Positions 26,386 to 36,637 of a DNA stretch of 64,000 bases are shown here, in pieces. The stretch covers positions 38,016-102,015 of the forward strand of contig JADFYJ010000002.1 in NCBI GenBank assembly GCA_015233115.1, written 5' to 3'. The DNA comes from Candidatus Omnitrophota bacterium (GTDB lineage Bacteria; Omnitrophota; Gorgyraeia; Zapsychrales; Zapsychraceae). A model generated the notes under the pieces. It was not told the DNA's origin and made no database searches. It was given only the letters and a program-made list of their open reading frames with translations. Position numbers and translations under genes: made by a program. Positions within the stretch are counted from its first letter, which is position 1. Each line of letters begins with the position of its first letter.

Positions 26386-28599
26386 TTAGATTTTTTTCTT
26401 TCCCGTATTTTCTTCCCAAGCAATAACAATGGAAGATGCTATGAATATGCTGGAATAAGTACCGAAAATGAAACCTACCATTAAACAGAAAGAAAACGCA
26501 TTTAACACTTCCCCTCCTTTAAAAAACAAAGCCAACACGACCAAGGTAGTCGCAAAAGAAGTCAAAATAGTCCGGCTTAAAGTTTCATTGACGCTGGTAT
26601 TAATCAATTGCGCCAAAGGTACTTTTTGTTTCTTAGTCATATTCTCACGAATCCGGTCATAAACCACAATCGTATCATTGATCGAATAACCAGCAATCGT
26701 CATAAGCGCGGTCACGACCAACAGATCAATTTGCCGACCAGACATAAGTAATACACCGAAAGATACAATAACATCATGGAATAAAGCAATAACACCAGCT
26801 GTCGCAAAATCAAAATGTTTAAACCGGAATCCGATATAGATCAAAATCCCAACCATGGCCAGCACAATAGCCCAAACCGCAGCCTGACGCAAAGCCTTTC
26901 CGACTACCGGGCCAACCTTTTCAATTCTTAAAACTTGAAATTGATTGTCTTTGAAATCTTTTTTAAATATACCAGAAACAGCATTAAAAGTATCATCTGC
27001 CGTACGGATCATAACTGTTTCCGGATTCTTCGCAAACTGTTGAATAACGGCATCTTTAATATTCGCGTCCTTTAATGCTTTACGAATTTCTTCAGCATTC
27101 ACTGCCTTAGCAAAACGATATTGCTGAATCTGTCCACCTGAAAAATCAATTCCATACGCGCTCTCACCTTTTTTATATAAAACGACTAAGCTGGTAATGA
27201 CCAAAATCGCGGAAAAAATCAACATGATATAGCGCAAGCCAACAAAATTAAAATTTGTATGCTTGAACAAATTACGCATTTTTAAAGATTTTATCCAGCC
27301 TCGCTGCATGGCTAATTCAAATAAATCACGGCTAACTAATACCGAAGTAAATAAACTGGCAGCCAGCCCGATGGATAAAGTCACAGCAAATCCCTTAATC
27401 GGACCAGAGCCAAATTGAAACAACATGAAAGCGGCAATAAAATTCGTAATATGGGTATCGATAATCGTGGTGATCGCCCGTTTAAAACCCGCGCTGACTG
27501 CCGCAGGCAAAGGACGGCCATTGCCCAACTCTTCTCTAATACGTTCGTTGATCAGAATGTTACCGTCAACCGCCATACCTAAGGTCAAAATAACACCGGC
27601 TATACCCGGCAAAGTCAATGTCAATGGTGATCCGGGCATCATTTTATTGATAAAACCCATGATCCCAAAAAGCATAATTAAATTAATGAGTAACGCGATG
27701 TTCGCGATAATACCGGATTCCCAGTAATACAACAGCATAAAAAAGAATACCGCCAAGCCGCCGATAATTGCCGCTGTAATACCATCACGAATAGAATCTT
27801 TACCAAGCAACGGCCCTATGGTTCGTTCTTCCTCAATACTCATAGGAGCAGGAAGGGCGCCGGAACGAAGTGATAATGACAGCACAGACGCTTCTTCAAA
27901 TGAAAATTGCCCATCAATACGGGCTGTCCCGCCCATGATTGGTTCTTTAATATTTGGCGCGGATAATACTTCGCCGTCCATGACAATAGCCAGCCTGCGG
28001 TTCACATTTTGCTGAGTTAAAGTCCCAAAATTTTTAGCCCCTTCCGCATTAAATTTAAGCGAAATATTCGGAGCGCCTAAATTCTGCGAATCATAATCCA
28101 CTCGCGCGTCGGCAACAGTATCACCCTTTAAGGCGACAGACTTTTCGATCAAAACCGGCGGAGCGCCGCCTTCTTTCTTGATATATTTCAGTTCAAAGCC
28201 TTCAGGAATATTACCTTTTAATGCTTCGCTGAGCTTGGTCGGGTCATCATTCACCAGATGAAATTCCAGTTGCGCAACTTTCCCAATAATCGCTAATGCT
28301 TTCTCCCGTTCGGTGACTCCAGGCAGCTGCACTAAAATCTCATTCTCGCCCTGACGCTGAATAACAGTTTCGCCTACGCCCAAACTGTCAATACGGTTGC
28401 GTAAAATTTCAATAGCCCGCAGTACCGCGTCATTTTTGGCATTAGCTTCAATTTTGCTGGAATCGACCAGCAAAACCAAATGCATACCGCCTTTAAGGTC
28501 AAGACCAAGATTAATATTTTTTTCTACCGGAAAAGTCAAAAACAAAGATACCGCAATAATCGCAGCGACAAATAAAAGTCTGTTACGCAAACTCTTCAT
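26386..28599 (-). CDS. secDF: protein translocase subunit SecDF (fused)
   Basis: SecD N-terminus LGLDLKGGMHLVL. 12-TM fused SecD plus SecF. 737 aa. Confidence 0.9.
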   Translation of the reverse strand: MKSLRNRLLFVAAIIAVSLFLTFPVEKNINLGLDLKGGMHLVLLVDSSKIEANAKNDAVLRAIEILRNRIDSLGVGETVIQRQGENEILVQLPGVTEREKALAIIGKVAQLEFHLVNDDPTKLSEALKGNIPEGFELKYIKKEGGAPPVLIEKSVALKGDTVADARVDYDSQNLGAPNISLKFNAEGAKNFGTLTQQNVNRRLAIVMDGEVLSAPNIKEPIMGGTARIDGQFSFEEASVLSLSLRSGALPAPMSIEEERTIGPLLGKDSIRDGITAAIIGGLAVFFFMLLYYWESGIIANIALLINLIMLFGIMGFINKMMPGSPLTLTLPGIAGVILTLGMAVDGNILINERIREELGNGRPLPAAVSAGFKRAITTIIDTHITNFIAAFMLFQFGSGPIKGFAVTLSIGLAASLFTSVLVSRDLFELAMQRGWIKSLKMRNLFKHTNFNFVGLRYIMLIFSAILVITSLVVLYKKGESAYGIDFSGGQIQQYRFAKAVNAEEIRKALKDANIKDAVIQQFAKNPETVMIRTADDTFNAVSGIFKKDFKDNQFQVLRIEKVGPVVGKALRQAAVWAIVLAMVGILIYIGFRFKHFDFATAGVIALFHDVIVSFGVLLMSGRQIDLLVVTALMTIAGYSINDTIVVYDRIRENMTKKQKVPLAQLINTSVNETLSRTILTSFATTLVVLALFFKGGEVLNAFSFCLMVGFIFGTYSSIFIASSIVIAWEENTGKKKI

Positions 28600-28627
28600 G
28601 TTGGTCCTCTCCTTTAAATGAGTGCCT

Positions 28628-28909
28628 TTATTTTTTCACGACACTGACAATAGCGTCTTTTTCAAATTCAATTTTCACATTTTCATCCACCCGCAAAACA
28701 ATGGTGCGGTCTTTAATTAATGTTACAATACCATGAATTCCCGACGAAGTAATGACTTCATCATTCTTCTGCAAGCTCTTGCGCTGCTTATCGAGATCCT
28801 TCTGGCGTTGATTCTGCGGACGGATCACTAAAAAATAAAAAATAAAAAAAACCGCAATAAACGGCACAATCTGGACCATAGGATTTGCTGCAGTCTGACC
28901 TGTAGGCAT
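28628..28909 (-). CDS. yajC: preprotein translocase subunit YajC
   Basis: 93 aa, single TM, LVIRPQNQRQKDLDKQ matches the YajC consensus. Downstream of secDF. Confidence 0.8.
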   Translation of the reverse strand: MPTGQTAANPMVQIVPFIAVFFIFYFLVIRPQNQRQKDLDKQRKSLQKNDEVITSSGIHGIVTLIKDRTIVLRVDENVKIEFEKDAIVSVVKK

Positions 28910-28937
28910 AGTTTCTCCTTTATATTATAAAACCACC

Positions 28938-28975
28938 GCGTCGGTGGTCCAAGGACCACCGATGCGGTGTTCCAT
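28938..28975 (-). terminator. stem-loop (17-bp stem) between rpsP and yajC, possible terminator/attenuator
   Basis: caccgcgtcggtggtcc-aagg-accaccgatgcggtg (one mismatch). On the minus strand it is followed by gttttat, then the yajC RBS aaggag. Confidence 0.4.
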
Positions 28976-28979
28976 GGGT

Positions 28980-29240
28980 TTATTTTGGAACTGCGGCCTT
29001 TTTATCTTTGCTGACGAGTGATTTGACTGTATCAGACATTCTCGCGCCTTGTTTAAGCCATTTCTCAACTTTTTCATGACGAATGACTAATTCAGCCGGT
29101 TTCTTGGTCGGATTATAGTGACCGAGGATCTCCAGATTTGCTGAATCGCGGCTTTGAGATTTGCTGATAGCCACAATACGGAAACAATTAGATAATTTGG
29201 TAATTTTGCCGATCTTCTGTAAACGAATACTGACTTCCAT
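28980..29240 (-). CDS. rpsP: 30S ribosomal protein S16
   Basis: VSIRLQKIGKITKLSNCFRIVAISKSQSRD...LGHYNP matches the S16 consensus. Confidence 0.85.
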   Translation of the reverse strand: MEVSIRLQKIGKITKLSNCFRIVAISKSQSRDSANLEILGHYNPTKKPAELVIRHEKVEKWLKQGARMSDTVKSLVSKDKKAAVPK

Positions 29241-29293
29241 GAATCTGTTTCTCCTGTTAATGTTGACTTAAACGATATATTTTTAAGGTCTCA

Positions 29294-29322
29294 ATAATAT
29301 ATTATATATAGATGGTTGTCAA
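29294..29322 (-). promoter_or_regulatory. sigma70-type promoter for rpsP
   Basis: Minus strand reads TTGACA, then a 17-nt spacer, then TATTAT, ~45 nt upstream of the rpsP ATG. Confidence 0.5.
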
Positions 29323-29344
29323 TTTTTTATTTTACACAAAAAGC

Positions 29345-31357
29345 TTAAGGGTGAATTTTTTTTATTTTGCTCAGCAAATCCAATAACTGAGGATTCTGCG
29401 GATTCAGGTTCAAACCAGCCTGCACAGCCGTAACGGCATCATCGTAACGGTTCATATGCTCCAAAAATTTAACGAGTTTTATATAGGCAGGCACATAAGA
29501 CTGATCGATCTTAAGTGCCTGGATATAAAAGTCAAATGCACAGACAGCCTTTTTTGCTGTTACACAAATATCTCCCGCATTTACTAAATTTTTTTTATCC
29601 TTCAATTCCCGCAATAGTTGTTGCGACCAATTTTGAAATTGCTCCTCATGCCCGGTAAGATAAAACATTCTTAATAAATTCAATTTGGTTAACTCATCAG
29701 CTGGCTCGATGTCCAAACTTTTTTCATACATTTGGGCCGCTTTTATAAAATTTTTTTCTTTTTCATAAATAGAGGCTAAATTATCAACGACTATCTTTTG
29801 ATCTGGGTCCAAAGCCATCGCTTTTTCAAATTCAATTTTTGCCATTTCATTGTTTTCCAAATCACGGTACGCGGCGCCCAAGTTGCTATAACTAATAGCT
29901 TGATGAGGTTCCACTGCTATGGCTTTTTTAAAATAAGTTACGGCTAAATCAATTTTTTTTTCGTTAGCCGCGATGACTCCCAAATTAACTAAATATTTCC
30001 ACTGATTAGGTAAATCGCCCAAAGATTTATTGAACAATTCATAAGATTCAGAATAATTTTTTTTATTAAAATAAGCGTTAGCCTGAAAACCATCAATCAA
30101 ATCAAATTTTTTAGTTAAAATATGTGACCGCCAAAAATTACAATAGTTAATTTCATCGCTCCAAATATTGTTCATAACCCACGACTGACTGATCAGAGCC
30201 ACCACCATGCTTGCGATCAAACCAGGCGTTAAAATTGTTGAAACTTTCTTCCCTAAATTATCCAATAACCATGCGGTTAATGCAAAAAAACCAATAGAAT
30301 TAAAAAATAACCAATGAGGCTCCAAAACGATTCCAACACGGCTAAACGACAAAGACGCCAAAAAAACCGGAATAATCCCTAGAATAAAAAATAAAAGCAA
30401 AAAACCATATACGTATATCTGCTGCTGCATCCATTTAATAATCATCCAACCCATTATGATAAAAAAGAACAACAACGCGGTAATCCACGCTGGCGCCCCT
30501 TGGACTACAACCGGCGTTCCCCAGATTAATACCACTCCCCTGGGATAAAATAATTGGCTCACATACCAAAACCAAGCTTTAGAAACCGTTGCTATAAACT
30601 GCCACGGAGAAATCCCCATAGTTTGATATATTTTCCAATACGAACCGCCCACGTCAGAAAATCTCATCCGGAATAATAAAATAAATCCTAAGATAATAAA
30701 AAATAAAGCACAATATTTAAATGTTTGGCGGATGGATAAGCGGTGAACCATCAAACACAACGCGGCCGCGTAAAATGGTAAAAAATACGCTGTTTCATGA
30801 CACAAGCAGGATAACAAATAAAAAATTCCCGCTAACCCCATCATGCCCCACTTAACCAGCCCTTTCCCCGAATATATGATACTTTTATGCATCAGCCACA
30901 AAGATGCCGCCATAAAAATCAACTGAACAATCAGCACGTTAGCCGTTATGTAATTCACTAACATCCCATTAATGGGGTGAACACAAAACAAAATTGCCGT
31001 GACCCCTGCCACCCAAAATTGGCGGGTCAAAGTCGACAAAAAAATGAAAATAAAAATACAAAGAATGGCAAAAAGGAAACAATTTAAAACATGATAACCA
31101 GTAGGATTATAGTGGAACAACGCAAAATATCCGACTTGCAGCACACTCCGTAAGGGACGAAAATGAGCAGAACCGCTGCTATCAGCTAATCCCTTGCCAG
31201 AAGCAAAAGCAAAAAATAAATTTTTGATATTATGCGTATGATAATTTGCTACAAAATGATTACCATCATCCATCATAAAGGCATTATGCAAACTATTGAA
31301 ATACGTCAAAAACGAAAGAAACAACAGCGTTACGATTATACCAATATTTTTTTTCAT
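29345..31357 (-). CDS. TMTC-like membrane protein: N-terminal GT-C (PMT/DUF1736-like) polytopic domain plus C-terminal TPR repeats, paralog 1
   Basis: LTYFNSLHNAFMMDDGNHFVANY..HFRPLRSV matches the YxNSLxNxFVWDD..HxRPL pattern of TMTC/PMT_2 family proteins. About 10 TM segments, then TPR motifs. Confidence 0.55.
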   Translation of the reverse strand: MKKNIGIIVTLLFLSFLTYFNSLHNAFMMDDGNHFVANYHTHNIKNLFFAFASGKGLADSSGSAHFRPLRSVLQVGYFALFHYNPTGYHVLNCFLFAILCIFIFIFLSTLTRQFWVAGVTAILFCVHPINGMLVNYITANVLIVQLIFMAASLWLMHKSIIYSGKGLVKWGMMGLAGIFYLLSCLCHETAYFLPFYAAALCLMVHRLSIRQTFKYCALFFIILGFILLFRMRFSDVGGSYWKIYQTMGISPWQFIATVSKAWFWYVSQLFYPRGVVLIWGTPVVVQGAPAWITALLFFFIIMGWMIIKWMQQQIYVYGFLLLFFILGIIPVFLASLSFSRVGIVLEPHWLFFNSIGFFALTAWLLDNLGKKVSTILTPGLIASMVVALISQSWVMNNIWSDEINYCNFWRSHILTKKFDLIDGFQANAYFNKKNYSESYELFNKSLGDLPNQWKYLVNLGVIAANEKKIDLAVTYFKKAIAVEPHQAISYSNLGAAYRDLENNEMAKIEFEKAMALDPDQKIVVDNLASIYEKEKNFIKAAQMYEKSLDIEPADELTKLNLLRMFYLTGHEEQFQNWSQQLLRELKDKKNLVNAGDICVTAKKAVCAFDFYIQALKIDQSYVPAYIKLVKFLEHMNRYDDAVTAVQAGLNLNPQNPQLLDLLSKIKKIHP

Positions 31358-33393
31358 TTATTATGTATTTTACTCTCGGCCTGCCATTGCCGTATTTCAC
31401 GCATCAATTGCAATAGCTGAGAATGGTTCGGATTCATTTTTAATCCCATTCGGACAGTCATTAAAGCGTCATCAAACCTCCCCATATTTCCCAATAACTT
31501 TCCAAACTCGACATATACCAAGGCATACGCCGGATCAACCTTCACGGCCTTTGTATAAAAATCCACGGCCAACATAACCTGGTTTGCCAATGCGCAAACA
31601 TCTCCAGCGGAAACGAGATTATTTTTATCATTCACTTCTTTTATCAGCTGTTCAGAATAACTTTTAAATTTTTCAATATTTTTTTCATTATAATACAATT
31701 TTAATAAATTTAATTTTAAGCCCTCTTCAGCCGGTTCAATCTCTAACGCTTTTTCATAAAGTTTTTCCGCCGCTTTAAAATTTTTCTCCTTCACATAACA
31801 AAGCGCCAAATCTTCAACTGTAGCCATTTCATTTGGATCCAAATCAAAAGCTCTTTCAAAGGCCAACCTGGCTTGATCATTCTTTCCTAACTCCCGATAG
31901 GCAACACCCAAATTCGTATAGATAGCAGCTTTATTAGGTTCCAAATCAATAGCTTTTTTAAAATAAGTTATGGCCACATCAAATTTTTTCTCATTAAGCT
32001 CAATTAAGCCTAAATTCACTAAACTTTTCCACTGATAAGGCAAATCAGCCAATGATTTTTCAAATAATGGCCGGGATTTGGAATAAAACTTTTTTTTAAA
32101 ATATGCCGTGGCTTGAAAAAAATCTATCAAATAAAAATTTCGGACTAAAATATTTGATCGCCAAAAATCACAATATTTTATTTCATCCCCCCATATACTG
32201 TTCATCACCCACGTCTGGCTTAACAGAGCAAAAACAATACTTGCGATTAACCCGAATGTTAATATTTTAGAAACTTTTTTCGTCAAACGAACCAACAACC
32301 ATGCCGCCACCACAAAAAAACCAATAGTATTAAAATAGACCCAATGCGGTTCCATAACAATACCTATGTCACGGAATAACATCGCAGCCAAAAACGTAGG
32401 AACAAAACCCAATGTCAATAACAGAACAAAAAAACCAAAAACATTTTTTTGATCACGAATTAATTTTAAAATCGCGAAAATAATCCCCCCCCAAAAAAGC
32501 ATTAACGCCGCGATCCAGACCCATACCATGCCAGAGACCACAGCAGGTGTGGCCCATATCAACACTACTCCTTGAGGATATAACAATTGGCCTAAATACC
32601 AAAACCAAACTTTTGAAACTGAAGCAAAATACTGCCCTGGATTTATTCCCATGCTTTGATATGTCTGCCATAACGAACCACCCACGTCAAAATACTTAAC
32701 CCGGAATAACAAAATTAAACCTAATACAAGAAAAAGAACAAAACAGTATTTTATAGTTTGACGAATAGATAATCGATGAACAACCAAACAAAGTGCTGCC
32801 GCATAAAAAGGAAGGAAATATGCCGTCTCATGACACAAACAAGACAATAAATATAAAAACCCAGCTAATCCAAGCAACCCACACTTAACAAATGTTACTG
32901 ACGAAGAAACAATACTCCGCTGGACTAAACCCAAAGATGCCATCATAAAAATCAACTGCACGATAAGTCCATTTGCCGTAATATAATTCACCAACATCCC
33001 ATTGATCGGATGAACACAAAATAATACCGCGGTTACTGCTGACACCCAGAAATCTTTGGTGAGATCCAGCGAAAAAAAGAAGATAAAAACACAAAAAATA
33101 AAGAAAAGAATGCAGTTTAAAACATGATAACCAAAAGAGTTATATTGGAATAAAACGAAGTTGATGACTATGATAATACTATGTAGGGGACGAAAATGCG
33201 TTGCCCCGGTTTCAATCACTGATCCCTTACTGGAGGTAAAAACTGAAAATAAATTTTTGATATTATGCGTATTATAATTTGACACAAAGTGACTAGCATC
33301 ATCCATCATAAACGCATTATGCAAACTGTTAAAATAAGTCAGAAAGGACACCAGCAGCAAAGCTAATATCAAAAAAATATTTTTTTTCGACAT
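31354..33393 (-). CDS. TMTC-like GT-C/TPR membrane protein, paralog 2 (tandem duplicate)
   Basis: Same architecture. By alignment with paralog 1 the likely start is MSKKNIFLIL (~33393); the track ORF begins at 33462. Stretches of >80% nucleotide identity to paralog 1 near the 5' ends. Confidence 0.55.
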   Translation of the reverse strand: MSKKNIFLILALLLVSFLTYFNSLHNAFMMDDASHFVSNYNTHNIKNLFSVFTSSKGSVIETGATHFRPLHSIIIVINFVLFQYNSFGYHVLNCILFFIFCVFIFFFSLDLTKDFWVSAVTAVLFCVHPINGMLVNYITANGLIVQLIFMMASLGLVQRSIVSSSVTFVKCGLLGLAGFLYLLSCLCHETAYFLPFYAAALCLVVHRLSIRQTIKYCFVLFLVLGLILLFRVKYFDVGGSLWQTYQSMGINPGQYFASVSKVWFWYLGQLLYPQGVVLIWATPAVVSGMVWVWIAALMLFWGGIIFAILKLIRDQKNVFGFFVLLLTLGFVPTFLAAMLFRDIGIVMEPHWVYFNTIGFFVVAAWLLVRLTKKVSKILTFGLIASIVFALLSQTWVMNSIWGDEIKYCDFWRSNILVRNFYLIDFFQATAYFKKKFYSKSRPLFEKSLADLPYQWKSLVNLGLIELNEKKFDVAITYFKKAIDLEPNKAAIYTNLGVAYRELGKNDQARLAFERAFDLDPNEMATVEDLALCYVKEKNFKAAEKLYEKALEIEPAEEGLKLNLLKLYYNEKNIEKFKSYSEQLIKEVNDKNNLVSAGDVCALANQVMLAVDFYTKAVKVDPAYALVYVEFGKLLGNMGRFDDALMTVRMGLKMNPNHSQLLQLMREIRQWQAESKIHNK

Positions 33394-33400
33394 AATATTA

Positions 33401-33757
33401 TCATTGGAGCGGTATGGTTCTATAAAAACACGATCTTTGATTAGTGTGACATGCGGCATCAACTTGTTCTACTTTAATTAAAAGGCAATCGCAGTCGCAG
33501 TCATAGCAGACTTCTTTGACAAATTGAAAATGCCCGGACGTCATGCCTTTAACCCAAAATTCCTGCCGAGAACGGGACCAATAGCACGCTTTTTTATCTG
33601 TTAACGTCCGACGAAGTGATTCATTATTCATCCAGGCCATCATCAAAACATCACCGTTCTTGACATCCTGAACGATAACCGGAATGAGCCCTTCTCGAGA
33701 ATATTTAAGCTGTTCAAGACTATCTATCGTAATTATTAATTCTTCAGGTTTGGTCAT
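33401..33757 (-). CDS. hisI: phosphoribosyl-AMP cyclohydrolase
   Basis: [30 protein letters not shown] and a Cys-rich metal site. Confidence 0.85.
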   Translation of the reverse strand: MTKPEELIITIDSLEQLKYSREGLIPVIVQDVKNGDVLMMAWMNNESLRRTLTDKKACYWSRSRQEFWVKGMTSGHFQFVKEVCYDCDCDCLLIKVEQVDAACHTNQRSCFYRTIPLQ

Positions 33758-34509
33758 GATCTGATATTAATCCCTTCTTTATTTAAATACTGTTTAACCT
33801 GATTTATTGTCAATTCTCCATAATGAAAAACCGATGCCGCCAAAGCCGCATCAGCGGAGGTACGTTTAAAAATATCAGCAAAATCTTGCAATTTTCCTGC
33901 GCCGCCAGAGGCAATAACAGGAATGTTAACCGCCCGGCATACAGCGTCTGTCAACGCGACATCGAAACCATCTTTAGTGCCGTCCGCATCCATACTGGTC
34001 AAAAGTAGCTCACCTGCTCCCAATTCCTCAACCTGTCTAGCCCATTGCACAGCATCTTTTCCAGTTGGAATACGGCCTCCGTTTATGAACACTTCCCAAT
34101 GATCTCCCTGTTTCTTCGCGTCTATCGCGACCACGATGCACTGACTGCCAAATTTTTCTGCCGACTGACGAATCAAATCCGGATTTTTAATAGCCGCGGA
34201 ATTCATGGATACCTTATCCGTTCCGGCATTCAAAAGAACACGAATATCGTCAATAGAATTAATCCCGCCCCCCACGGTTAGAGGCATAAACACTTTCTCA
34301 GCCGTCCGCTTGACAACATCAATAATAATCGACCGTTTTTCGTGGCTCGCCGTGATATCCAAAAAAACAATTTCGTCGGCCCCAGCACGATCATACCCTT
34401 CCGCGATCTCAACCGGATCTCCGGCATCACGCAGATTAACAAAATTCACGCCTTTGACCACGCGGCCATCTTTGACATCTAAACAGGGGATAATACGTTT
34501 GGTTAACAT
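33754..34509 (-). CDS. hisF: imidazole glycerol phosphate synthase, cyclase subunit
   Basis: [20 protein letters not shown] and HisF TIM-barrel sequence. Confidence 0.9.
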   Translation of the reverse strand: MLTKRIIPCLDVKDGRVVKGVNFVNLRDAGDPVEIAEGYDRAGADEIVFLDITASHEKRSIIIDVVKRTAEKVFMPLTVGGGINSIDDIRVLLNAGTDKVSMNSAAIKNPDLIRQSAEKFGSQCIVVAIDAKKQGDHWEVFINGGRIPTGKDAVQWARQVEELGAGELLLTSMDADGTKDGFDVALTDAVCRAVNIPVIASGGAGKLQDFADIFKRTSADAALAASVFHYGELTINQVKQYLNKEGINIRS

Positions 34510-34517
34510 AACAAACT

Positions 34518-35243
34518 CTACCTTATTTCCTGAGTCGCTTTCTTTAAATCAATCTTTCCTTCATAAATCGCCTTGCCTGTAATCGCACCAACCACACCCT
34601 TAAGCTCCAATGTTTTAATTTGTTTCAGGTCTTCGAGCGATGATACGCCGCCTGAAGCAATAATATTGACATGTTGAACACTTTCAGCTATAGCTTCCAA
34701 TGCGGCCATATTCGGGCCAGTCATCATTCCGTCGCGGGCGATATCTGTAAATATAATCCATTTAACACCGATTTGTTCTAATTCTTTGGCAAAAACAGTC
34801 GCTTTAACATCGGATGTGCTAACCCACCCATGCTGAGCCACCATTCCATTATGACAATCCAGGCTCACCGCGATTTTGTCTCCCCAGATGCCAACGATTT
34901 CTTTTAAAAAATTTAAGTCCTGAATAACCTTTGTTCCTAAAATCACCCGGCTCACTCCGCCGTCGATCAAACTTTTAATATCTTCTTTGGTGCGGATTCC
35001 TCCGCCCATCTCAATTGGTATTTTTACAGTCCGGGCGATTTGCAAAATAATATTTTTATTCCGGATCACTCCATCTTTAGCGCCATCTAAGTCCACAATA
35101 TGCAGCCACTCGGCGCCTTCAGTTTCCCAAAAACGCGCCATGACCACTGGGTCACGACCATATTCTGTTACCTGGTCAAACTTGCCTTGAACCAACCGAA
35201 CAACTTTGCCGTCTTTAATATCTATTGCGGGAAAAATGATCAT
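34518..35243 (-). CDS. hisA: ProFAR isomerase
   Basis: [20 protein letters not shown]. Confidence 0.9.
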   Translation of the reverse strand: MIIFPAIDIKDGKVVRLVQGKFDQVTEYGRDPVVMARFWETEGAEWLHIVDLDGAKDGVIRNKNIILQIARTVKIPIEMGGGIRTKEDIKSLIDGGVSRVILGTKVIQDLNFLKEIVGIWGDKIAVSLDCHNGMVAQHGWVSTSDVKATVFAKELEQIGVKWIIFTDIARDGMMTGPNMAALEAIAESVQHVNIIASGGVSSLEDLKQIKTLELKGVVGAITGKAIYEGKIDLKKATQEIR

Positions 35244-35839
35244 ATTTTTATAAAATTTTCTAAAATTTTTATACCGATTGCCTGGCTTTTTTCCGGGTGA
35301 AATTGTACGCCAAACACATTGTGACTACACATTGATGAACAATAATCAATCCCGTAATTCGTTGTGGCCGCAACAATGGTTTCATCATTTGGTTTGACAT
35401 AATATGAGTGACACAAATATACGTTCGAACTGTTTGGCACATCCTTAAATAAAACACAATCTTTTTGCTGTATCTGAATTTGATTCCAGCCCATTTGCGG
35501 CACTTTTAACTGGGTGAATTTTTCAACTGTCCCTTTAAAAATGCCCAATCCTTTGACTTCTCCGCCTTCATAACTGGTTTCGAACAACAACTGAAAACCT
35601 AGACAGATACCTAAAAACGACTTACCACTTTTAATCGCATTCTTAATAACCGATATTAAACCAAGTTCAGTTAACTTGTCCATGGCTGGACGCATAGCCC
35701 CAACACCCGGAAGAACAATTTTCTTCGCGTTTTCAATATCTGAAATATTTTGGGTCACTATGGCAGCCGAACCGGCTTTTTCAAAAGCCTTCTGCACACT
35801 GCGCAAGTTCCCCATTCCATAATCGATAATGGCAATCAT
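35240..35839 (-). CDS. hisH: imidazole glycerol phosphate synthase, glutamine amidotransferase subunit
   Basis: MIAIIDYGMGNLRSVQKA and a GICLGFQ catalytic Cys. Confidence 0.9.
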   Translation of the reverse strand: MIAIIDYGMGNLRSVQKAFEKAGSAAIVTQNISDIENAKKIVLPGVGAMRPAMDKLTELGLISVIKNAIKSGKSFLGICLGFQLLFETSYEGGEVKGLGIFKGTVEKFTQLKVPQMGWNQIQIQQKDCVLFKDVPNSSNVYLCHSYYVKPNDETIVAATTNYGIDYCSSMCSHNVFGVQFHPEKSQAIGIKILENFIKI

Positions 35840-35866
35840 AATTTAATCCGAATTTTGATGGTTCAC

Positions 35867-36002
35867 GTATGTCGTACGTAGTATGTGGTATGTAGCGAAA
35901 AAAATCAAAATAATATTTTTAAAAAACTGGATTCCCACCTTCGCGGGAATGACAAGTCTAATCGTTTTTCGCTCTACATACGCATACCACATACTACATA
36001 CC
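35867..36002. repeat. IR-flanked element, family D, empty copy between hisH and hisB
   Basis: Left arm gtatgtcgtacgtagtatgtggtatgtagc. Right arm ctctacatacgcataccacatactacatacc. Internal attccc-acct-tcgc-gggaat hairpin. Confidence 0.6.
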
Positions 36003-36007
36003 ATTTT

Positions 36008-36619
36008 TTAATCAATTATTCCCTTCGTCGACGGGATCATATTGGGTCTGGAGGGATTGATACGGGTCGCTTCATGTAAAGCCAGACCCAAAGCCTTAAA
36101 AGCGGCTTCCATATTTGTATGCAGATCTTCGCTGGTTCCCTCGATCTTGACATTGATCGTCGCGCCAAGGTTATGCGCAAAAGATTCGAGGAAATGTTCC
36201 AGGTAAGCCATGGCGTAGCCATCTTCATTCTTAATATTAACTTTTTCCAAATTATCAATAACCAGGGTTAAATATCCCCGACCGCTGATATCCACAACTG
36301 CGCGGCCCAACGTCGATTCCATAGGCGCGAACGCGGAACCAAAACGTTTGATGCCTTGCATGTCGCCTAAAGCTTTTTTAAATAATTTACCCAGCACAAT
36401 TCCAATATCTTCATTGGTGTGATGAATATCAATTTCCAAATCAGCTTTTTTAACTGCCAAGTCTAAATCAAAACACGCGTGAAAAGCGAAAAGGTCCAAC
36501 ATATGATCTAACAAACCAATGTTAGTTTTAACTTGAGTCTTCCCTTGCCCGTCGATATTCAACGATGCAATAATCTCAGTTTCTTTGCTTTTTCTCTCAA
36601 TCTGTGCTGTTCGATTCAT
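36008..36619 (-). CDS. hisB: imidazoleglycerol-phosphate dehydratase
   Basis: RTAQIERKSKETEI...HH..ED IGPD motifs. 203 aa, monofunctional. Confidence 0.9.
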   Translation of the reverse strand: MNRTAQIERKSKETEIIASLNIDGQGKTQVKTNIGLLDHMLDLFAFHACFDLDLAVKKADLEIDIHHTNEDIGIVLGKLFKKALGDMQGIKRFGSAFAPMESTLGRAVVDISGRGYLTLVIDNLEKVNIKNEDGYAMAYLEHFLESFAHNLGATINVKIEGTSEDLHTNMEAAFKALGLALHEATRINPSRPNMIPSTKGIID

Positions 36620-36637
36620 ATGTTTTGTCCTATAAAA

